Assembly: GCA_043813875.1 (NCBI GenBank)
Contig: JBDRKP010000070.1
Span: 1-25,685 of the forward strand
Direction of reading: 5' to 3'
DNA length: 25,685 bases
Source: an archaeon
GTDB lineage: Archaea > EX4484-52 > B79-G9
The translations under genes were made by a program, and so were the position numbers. Of this stretch, positions 8,758 through 15,256 are shown piece after piece. Numbering within the stretch: position 1 is the first letter of the stretch; each line of letters begins with the position of its first letter. The notes beneath the pieces were generated by a model. That model saw only the letters and a program-made list of their open reading frames with translations, ran no database searches and was not told the DNA's origin.

Positions 8758-10017
8758 ATGGAGATGGATGCGGCAATAATCAGAAAAGTAAAGGAATATT
8801 ATCTTAGGCCTGAAATCATTGAGAAGATATTCAGTGTCTCTTGTGGGAGGGAAGTCATACCGGTATTTCTTGGGACCCAGTTCGGCAGGAGGCCGGATGC
8901 GGTGCAATTTGTGGGGGATATCGAGTACATGGTCAAAAAGGGGGCGACGTCGTTTCATTGCTCTTTGGAGCACTGGCCTAATCCGCTGCAGCTTTCGGGC
9001 AGCATGAAAAAAAACGAGATGGATAATATCAGGACTGGGTGGGATATTTTCTTTGATATTGATGCAAATGAGGATCTGGAGCATGGCAGGATTGCCGCAA
9101 GGCTTATGATCGATGCATTGAATGCTCACGGGATCAAAAATGTATCTTTGAAATTCTCGGGCCGAAGAGGGTTCCATATCGGGGTATCCTGCAAGTCGCT
9201 GCCAAAGAAGGTGAATTCGTTGCCTGTGGAAGCACAGTATCCACTGCTTCTGCAGAAGATCGCCGATTACCTGCGCGATTACATGCGCGAGGAGCTTGTG
9301 GCGAAACTGATTGAATATGATAAATCTCTTGAGAGCAAGATGGAGGGTGATCCTTACAAGATAGTTGAGGTGGAGCATAACTGGTCTTACAGGCACCTGT
9401 TTCGGATGCCTTATTCGTTCAATGAGAAGACGTGGCTTGTCAGCCTTCCGATACCGGCCGATAAACTGGAGGAATTCAGGATAGAGGATGCGAGGCCTGA
9501 AAATGTACGCGGGGATGCCGGGTTTCTTGACAAATTTGAGGAAGATGAAGCGATCGATCTTGTGATGGAGGCGCTTGATTATGATATAGAGGTGATCAGC
9601 ACAGATGAAAAGAAGGTCATCAAGAAGGTCATCCTGCCTAAGGATGCTGTTTGTGAAGAGTTTTTTCCGCCTTGCATCCAGAACATATTGCTCGGACTGA
9701 AAGACGGGCGGAAGAGGGGCGTATTCATTCTTATCAACTTTTTGCGGAGCACGGGATGGAGCTATGATGCAATTGATGCCAAGCTTGATGAATGGAACAA
9801 GAAGAATCCTGATTCTCTGCCGGATTCATATGTACAGGGGCAACTGAATTATGCGAAAACAAAGGAAGAGGTGTTTCCGGCACCGAATTGCGATAATAAG
9901 GGATATTATACTGATATACAGGTGTGCAAGCCGGATAATTTCTGCAAGAGGGTGAAGAATCCGACGACTTATGCGCTCCTGAAAGCAAAAAACATAAAAA
10001 GGAAAGGTTCGAGTTAA
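8758..10017 (+). CDS. Fused DNA primase (PriS catalytic domain + PriL C-terminal Fe-S domain)
   Basis: AEP motifs GWDIFFDID, KFSGRRGFHI and LFRMPYS, followed by PriL-CTD motifs FFPPCI...DGRKR...PNC...VCKPDNFC..VKNP in one 419-aa ORF. Confidence 0.9.
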   Translation: MEMDAAIIRKVKEYYLRPEIIEKIFSVSCGREVIPVFLGTQFGRRPDAVQFVGDIEYMVKKGATSFHCSLEHWPNPLQLSGSMKKNEMDNIRTGWDIFFDIDANEDLEHGRIAARLMIDALNAHGIKNVSLKFSGRRGFHIGVSCKSLPKKVNSLPVEAQYPLLLQKIADYLRDYMREELVAKLIEYDKSLESKMEGDPYKIVEVEHNWSYRHLFRMPYSFNEKTWLVSLPIPADKLEEFRIEDARPENVRGDAGFLDKFEEDEAIDLVMEALDYDIEVISTDEKKVIKKVILPKDAVCEEFFPPCIQNILLGLKDGRKRGVFILINFLRSTGWSYDAIDAKLDEWNKKNPDSLPDSYVQGQLNYAKTKEEVFPAPNCDNKGYYTDIQVCKPDNFCKRVKNPTTYALLKAKNIKRKGSS

Positions 10018-10034
10018 TGTGTGGGGTGAATATC

Positions 10035-10238
10035 ATGGCTGATAAAATTACAAAAAGTATGTCAATCACAGAAATCGTTAGCAAGCATCCGGAGACGACT
10101 GAGGTTTTCTCTAAATACGGCCTTCATTGCATAGGATGCATGGCGGCGCAGTTCGAGACTCTTGATGAGGGCGCTTCTGCTCACGGTATTGATGTAGATA
10201 AGATGGTTGTTGACCTGAATAAGGCTCTGAAGAAATAG
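10035..10238 (+). CDS. DUF1858 / hybrid-cluster-associated redox disulfide domain protein
   Basis: ITKSMSITEIVSKHPE..EVF..YGLHCIGC.AA.FETL.EGA.AHGID pattern with CxxC; GGGGTGA SD before ATG 10035. Confidence 0.88.
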   Translation: MADKITKSMSITEIVSKHPETTEVFSKYGLHCIGCMAAQFETLDEGASAHGIDVDKMVVDLNKALKK

Positions 10239-10246
10239 TGAACAAG

Positions 10247-11143
10247 CTAATCATTGTCTTTTATGACGTCTGAGAAGGGGCTCTTGTATGGCTCGTCTTT
10301 TATGTTCACGGATTTTTTATTGACTGGCGCTTTTTTTTCTTTCTTTCCATGAATTGACGGCAGTTCTGGCTCTTCATCTTCAGGGTCATGGGAGGGTTGT
10401 GGTTCTTTTACTTTTGTGGCTGGGAGCGCGCTTGTTTTTTCTGATTCTTCCTTTATAGCCGGCTTGAATTGACTATCTTCTGCCTCTGGCTTTGCGGCCG
10501 GTCTGGTCTCTTTGACTATGGGTGGTTCTATTGGAGGTTCCGGATCTTCTTTCACTATCGCGGGCTCTTTTTTTTCCTGAATGTCTGGTGTGTTTTTCTC
10601 TTCTTTTTCTTCGGCTTTTTTTACGTTCTCAACGAATGATTCCTCATCAGGCGGTTCGATACCCCTGTCTGAGAAATAGTCTTTGAGCTGACCCGGGGAA
10701 GTCAGGCCGAAGTAATCAAGAAATTTTTTGGTTATATTGATGCGGTTGGTGTGGCCTTCGGGCTCAAGGCGTATGAAGCCTCTGCCTGAGAGTTCTTTTA
10801 TGTGGTCGTAGGCGCGGTTGCCACGGGTCTCGATGACGAAACTCTGCTTGACCGGATTATGATATGCTATCAGGGACAGGGTCTGGAGCGTCGCTTTCGA
10901 GAAGTCCTTTTCGGGAGCAAGGTGCTCTACATGAGGCCTTAATTCGTCTTTTATGTGAAGCTCAAAGAAGCCGTCTCTTTCACGGACTGAAAGACCGTGA
11001 TCGTCGTACTCTTTTTCCATTTCCTTTATCAATTTGCTGATCTGTGGTTTGGGGATGCCGACTATATGATAGAGCTCTGCCAGGGTCATCGGACGGGCGG
11101 CGATAAATAAGGCTGCCTCTATTAATTTTTTTTTATCCCTCAT
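10247..11143 (-). CDS. scpB: SMC-Scp complex subunit ScpB with long disordered C-terminal tail
   Basis: LIEAALFIA..P, SKATLQTLSLIAYHNPVKQS..IETRG and TKKFLDYFGL; about 135 aa of E/K/P-rich tail. Confidence 0.92.
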   Translation of the reverse strand: MRDKKKLIEAALFIAARPMTLAELYHIVGIPKPQISKLIKEMEKEYDDHGLSVRERDGFFELHIKDELRPHVEHLAPEKDFSKATLQTLSLIAYHNPVKQSFVIETRGNRAYDHIKELSGRGFIRLEPEGHTNRINITKKFLDYFGLTSPGQLKDYFSDRGIEPPDEESFVENVKKAEEKEEKNTPDIQEKKEPAIVKEDPEPPIEPPIVKETRPAAKPEAEDSQFKPAIKEESEKTSALPATKVKEPQPSHDPEDEEPELPSIHGKKEKKAPVNKKSVNIKDEPYKSPFSDVIKDND

Positions 11144-11166
11144 GCAATCACATCATTGGGGGCTAT

Positions 11167-11349
11167 TCAATATCGCAAGCCATGCTTTCGCTCAAGCTTC
11201 GTCAGGCGCATCATGAGCCTTCTTTCTTCTGTATCGTCCAAACATCCAGGGAACCGGTTAGCTTTGTCCAGAATAAATCGCAATCGTTCGACTTCTTTTA
11301 GCTCGCTGTCGCTTCCCAAGACGGTTGTTTCATTTTCAAATTCCATCAT
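11167..11349 (-). CDS. Hypothetical 60-aa helical protein between scpA and scpB
   Basis: ATG at 11349 overlaps the scpA stop (ATGA) and the ORF fills the scpA-scpB gap: MMEFENETTVLGSDSELKEVERLRFILDKANRFPGCLDDTEERRLMMRLTKLERKHGLRY. Confidence 0.6.
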   Translation of the reverse strand: MMEFENETTVLGSDSELKEVERLRFILDKANRFPGCLDDTEERRLMMRLTKLERKHGLRY

Positions 11350-12104
11350 TGTACCAACCTTATTTTTATTTCTCCAAACATTTCCGGCTGCTCGCATAAG
11401 ATACGGCCCTGATTTGACAGGTGCAGGAGTGAACTGAAATTGCGTATCTTCTCTTCGCGAGAGGGCCTCATGCCAAGTAACTGGTCAAAATTAACGATGT
11501 TATTTGTCTGTAGATATTTATTAATCTTGTGAAAGAGATCTTCGATACATTTGCTTATGTCTTCGCCTTGCAGGTCTATCTGGAAGATATTGCGCGTGTC
11601 ACGGCGATTCTTTATGACCATCGCTTTGCCGAGGGCGTCGACCAGTTCGTCGATGGATACCTCCCGTTTGGGCTCGCGCCTCAATGGTATCTGGATGGGC
11701 GGTATAACGATGGATTCTCGTGATTCGTCGCTTAACGGCAATTGAGTGTATTCAAGATCATCGTCCAAAAGGCCGAGGTCTTCTGATACTGCTTCTTCGA
11801 TGTATCTTAGTGTCTCTGATTTCAGGCGATATATTATGGCTGCGGCCAGAAGTATTTTTGACGGGATGCGCAAGTCATGCTCATGCATCTGTTTTATGTG
11901 AGCGGTAAACCTGATGTTAAGTTTTACCAGGTCAATGTTCCAGGGGTTCATGTCATGGGTCATGGCAAGTATGACTTCCTGCCAGTCGCCGTTCTGGATC
12001 AGATCGACTATCTCGTCATCATTCATGATTTTATCGATTCCTGTTGCCGGGTTTTCGTCAAGTGAGTCCATAGATATCAACATGAGCAGGTTTGACCTGT
12101 TCAA
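11346..12104 (-). CDS. scpA: Kleisin ScpA (start may be the TTG at 12104 or an ATG at 12083/12071)
   Basis: MNPWNIDLVKL, LLAAAIIYRLKS, R.VSIDELVDAL and the C-terminal FSSLLHLSNQGRI...QPEMFGEI winged helix. Confidence 0.92.
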   Translation of the reverse strand: MNRSNLLMLISMDSLDENPATGIDKIMNDDEIVDLIQNGDWQEVILAMTHDMNPWNIDLVKLNIRFTAHIKQMHEHDLRIPSKILLAAAIIYRLKSETLRYIEEAVSEDLGLLDDDLEYTQLPLSDESRESIVIPPIQIPLRREPKREVSIDELVDALGKAMVIKNRRDTRNIFQIDLQGEDISKCIEDLFHKINKYLQTNNIVNFDQLLGMRPSREEKIRNFSSLLHLSNQGRILCEQPEMFGEIKIRLVQ

Positions 12105-12202
12105 AAATTACCGTCAAAATAGATATATATATGAGATGGATACTTGTTGCCGATAGATGTGACTTTAATGACATTCAGATGTTATAGAAACAAAAAAACG
12201 GC

Positions 12203-12427
12203 CTATTTTTTTCCTATCCACCAGACCATTTTCTTGCCTGAGCCTACTTCTGCGGTTTCCATCTTGCCATGAATCTTGCCTTCTGACTTGAGTTTGTAGC
12301 AGTGTATGTTTGCTGTGGACCAAGAAATCTTTGCGCGCTTCGCAATCGCGTATGTAGAAAGCGGTTGCTTTGAGGTCTTTAATATCTTCTCTGTCAGTGC
12401 ATCTATTGATAAATTCTCTGTTTTCAT
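12203..12427 (-). CDS. Small winged helix-turn-helix protein
   Basis: ILKTSKQPLSTYAIAKRAKISWSTANIHCYKLKSEGKI fits a wHTH; GGGGGA SD-like sequence upstream. Confidence 0.75.
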   Translation of the reverse strand: MKTENLSIDALTEKILKTSKQPLSTYAIAKRAKISWSTANIHCYKLKSEGKIHGKMETAEVGSGKKMVWWIGKK

Positions 12428-12467
12428 TGTTTTATCCCCCCGGATGATAACTCTGGTTCAATCACAC

Positions 12468-12489
12468 CGAGATACTCCCTAATATCTCG
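12468..12489. promoter_or_regulatory. Putative operator palindrome for the small wHTH gene
   Basis: CGAGATA-N8-TATCTCG directly next to a TATATA box (12491-12496), upstream of the minus-strand wHTH gene. Confidence 0.45.
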
Positions 12490-12818
12490 ATATATACTTG
12501 TATTCGTGTAGAAAAATTGGAATTCATCCTATATAAAGGTTTTGGTGATGGATAATATAGATTGGGATATGGCGGATACTGAAAAATGCATTTGTTAAAG
12601 ACGATTCTTGAGAGGCATCGGCATATAACAGGGTCATGGTCTTTGAGGGGCGGTGTTGCATAACTATTGGCAATTTTGACAGCCGGATATCGTTTTGGCT
12701 TGATTTTGAGGGATTTTTGTAATCGACATCATGAAGCATTTTTTGATGAATTGCGCAACAACACCTCTTTAAGGCCTGAAATACGAATATTTATATTTTG
12801 AGCGCATTCATCAGTATT

Positions 12819-13256
12819 ATGACTAGAGCTGAATTGAGAGGGCACCAGGTCGTATGCAGCGCTTTCATCGAAAAAGATGACCTGTTTCTTATCGTGATGG
12901 ATCCGGCGTTCAAAGTGTGGAGAGTCCCGGGCGGCAGAGCAGAGCATGGCGAAAAACTGGAAGATACGCTGATCAGAGAAATGGCGGAGGAAACGGGGCT
13001 GGTTTTTGAAAATCCGAGATTCGTAGGGTGGGGACAGGATCAGCAGTATCATGTCCGCGAAAAAAAAGAAACTTCGCGGCTGGTCATGTTCTTTCATGTG
13101 AAGACGGTCAAACAGCCGAAACTCGATCCTGATGAAGCAGAAGATTTCAGGTGGGTGACTCTTGACGAGTTAAAAAATATTGAGAATAAGGAGGGCGCGC
13201 TTCGCGATTTGTTTTACAGAAATCCGGATATGAGTGCGTTTAAAACCCGTGTTTAA
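12819..13256 (+). CDS. NUDIX hydrolase
   Basis: Nudix box PGGRAEHGEKLEDTLIREMAEETGL. The ATG at 12819 was chosen; a TTG at 12798 is an alternative. Confidence 0.9.
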   Translation: MTRAELRGHQVVCSAFIEKDDLFLIVMDPAFKVWRVPGGRAEHGEKLEDTLIREMAEETGLVFENPRFVGWGQDQQYHVREKKETSRLVMFFHVKTVKQPKLDPDEAEDFRWVTLDELKNIENKEGALRDLFYRNPDMSAFKTRV

Positions 13257-13317
13257 GAAGATGTTATGCTGGTTGTGCTTTAGTTCAAGAGAGATTGGTT
13301 TCTGAATTGTAAGTCAT

Positions 13318-14148
13318 TCAAGACCTGCTCAAGAAGCGCGCAAGGTTACGTAATTTCAAGGCATATTTACTGTCTCTGGTTTTTTCTACTTTCCTGCTTT
13401 TGATCAACGAATCCAGAACCTGATTTAACAGGGACTTGTCCAACTCTGTCTTTTTTAGTAACTCTTCGAAAGATGACTCTTTTTTGAATAATTCATAGAA
13501 TATTGCAAGATAGGGGAATGTCTCTATATCGTATTCTTCATGTAGCTTCTTTCGTATCGGAACCTGTATGTGTTCTCTTTCCTGCATCTCTTCGATTCGA
13601 GCCAAGAGATAGGATTTCCAGACATTGACCGGATTCTTCCTGCACTGGTCATTCACTTCATCATAGATCATATTCCAGTCTATTCCTGTCTGGAAAAGTG
13701 CGACGCAATCCTCATAATCACCTGCTCTTGAAAATATTGACTTCAAGAGGAATATATCTTCGAGTGAGAGGATTTTTACGGATAAATTACCATAATTGCC
13801 TTTGCTTTTTGAACGAATCACCATGTTCTTTGAGAGGGCAAGGTTATTGCATATGATTTTTTGGAAGACGTCGAAGCGGTCATTTCCACGATTATATATG
13901 CCTTCGATCTTCAGATATTTGTAGTCTTCTGTCAGTTGTATTGTTTCGAATCCAATTCGCTTTAATGCGCTTGTGAATGTCTTCACCTCTGACATTTTTT
14001 CGAAGACAACATCAATATCTTTTGTCGCGTCTTTAAGACCTGAAATCATCAGCGCAGCCCCGCCGAAGACATAAATCGTGATAGTCTCATCAAGTTCTTT
14101 TCCAATATCATTGAAAAGATTGTCCAGGGAGCTAATATCTGATATCAT
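13318..14148 (-). CDS. DUF6036/AbiEii-like nucleotidyltransferase with C-terminal HTH (putative toxin)
   Basis: IYVFGGAALM.SGLKDATKDIDVVF (GG...DxD NTase motif), SLEDIFLLK...R..DYED, and a C-terminal HTH-like segment; overlaps the upstream gene by 17 nt. Confidence 0.8.
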   Translation of the reverse strand: MISDISSLDNLFNDIGKELDETITIYVFGGAALMISGLKDATKDIDVVFEKMSEVKTFTSALKRIGFETIQLTEDYKYLKIEGIYNRGNDRFDVFQKIICNNLALSKNMVIRSKSKGNYGNLSVKILSLEDIFLLKSIFSRAGDYEDCVALFQTGIDWNMIYDEVNDQCRKNPVNVWKSYLLARIEEMQEREHIQVPIRKKLHEEYDIETFPYLAIFYELFKKESSFEELLKKTELDKSLLNQVLDSLIKSRKVEKTRDSKYALKLRNLARFLSRS

Positions 14149-15034
14149 ATAACTTTGCCTTCTGTTTTATTTCCTCTGGCGCAGGATAATCTTTCAGGGT
14201 CTCACCGCCAATAATTGCTCTTATTTTTGATATATAGCCTTCTAGCCTGTATTTGCGGTCAATATATTCAATATCGAGTGAGCCTTTATTTTTGAGGTAA
14301 AATAATATTGTAAACATTTTCTTGCGCATGTCACTGGAACAAAGGATCGAGTGCGCAAATATATCGTTGATGTTGAGGTTCTCTTTCGGGATAGAATAAT
14401 AGTTGTAGGTCAACCTGAGGGCTATCCCGTATTTATGGAATTGAGAAAATGCGGTCAATGAGGCTGTTTTTTCGTCAACTTTCAAATCACGCGGCACCTC
14501 CAACATCATAAGGGTTTTTGACCGGTATATTTCACGATATACGGGCGGCAGATTATAGCCAACTACGCCCTTATACCGGGAATAACTCTCTAAAAAATCG
14601 ATGAGCTGAGGCCATAAACTTTTGTTTAATCGATAATATCTGCCTTCTTTTATGATTATCCCGTATCTTAAAAAGTCTTTCAGGTAAATGTAAATCAATG
14701 GCTTTGAAAGTCCTGAGAGTGATTCGATCCGATTCATGGATCTTTTATCTAAAAGATGCAGCAGCACATCAAGCCTGGAATCTGCAAGAATCTGCTTGAA
14801 GTCCGTTTTTGGATATTCCAGAATCAGATTTCTAAGAGCGTAGGCATATATATTGTCGGAAATGAGGTATTTTATACCGACTTTTTTCAAGAATCCTTTT
14901 TCTTTTAAATCGGAAATCAACTTAGAAGCATACGGATGTGAATTATTTAATTGCAGAGCTGCTTCTTTGGAGGTGAGACTACCGCGAGTGTATACGATAT
15001 GCAATATGTCCAATTGTGTTTTTGTTAATTTCAT
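14132..15034 (-). CDS. Tandem-wHTH transcriptional regulator (putative antitoxin partner)
   Basis: Two wHTH-like segments (LTSKEAALQLNNSHPYASKLISDLKEKGFL and MNRIESLSGLSKPLIYIYLKDFLRYGII) plus a C-terminal domain; overlaps the NTase gene. Confidence 0.75.
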   Translation of the reverse strand: MKLTKTQLDILHIVYTRGSLTSKEAALQLNNSHPYASKLISDLKEKGFLKKVGIKYLISDNIYAYALRNLILEYPKTDFKQILADSRLDVLLHLLDKRSMNRIESLSGLSKPLIYIYLKDFLRYGIIIKEGRYYRLNKSLWPQLIDFLESYSRYKGVVGYNLPPVYREIYRSKTLMMLEVPRDLKVDEKTASLTAFSQFHKYGIALRLTYNYYSIPKENLNINDIFAHSILCSSDMRKKMFTILFYLKNKGSLDIEYIDRKYRLEGYISKIRAIIGGETLKDYPAPEEIKQKAKLYDIRY

Positions 15035-15037
15035 AAT

Positions 15038-15209
15038 TATAATATTTGATTAAAATAGGTGGTTATTTAATCATATATTATACATACTAATTTAAATATG
15101 TTTTGTATGAGCGCAGTTATTTTATAGCTATTTCAGGTAAAGTTGATGTGTGAAAGATATAGAGTATAATATTTGATTAAAATAAGGCCATATTTAAACT
15201 AATATTAGA
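15038..15209. promoter_or_regulatory. Two copies of a 45-bp imperfect palindrome (putative operator)
   Basis: TATAATATTTGATTAAAATA-GGTGG-TTATTTAATCATATATTATA (15038-15082) and TATAATATTTGATTAAAATA-AGGCC-ATATTTAAACTAATATTAGA (15165-15209); the left 20 bp are identical. Confidence 0.75.
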
Positions 15210-15256
15210 ATATTAATAATGGATAAATCATAATTTAGATCGGCTATCGCCACCCA

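Noticed and set aside
12524..12790. 71-aa minus ORF or pseudogene between wHTH and NUDIX
   Set aside because: No recognisable motif or SD was found, and the plus frames are broken by stops, so I could not support a call.
15038..15209. The 20-bp direct repeat as a CRISPR array or chromosomal dif site
   Set aside because: There are only two copies 127 bp apart and no cas genes, and the arms are longer than the 11-6-11 dif layout.
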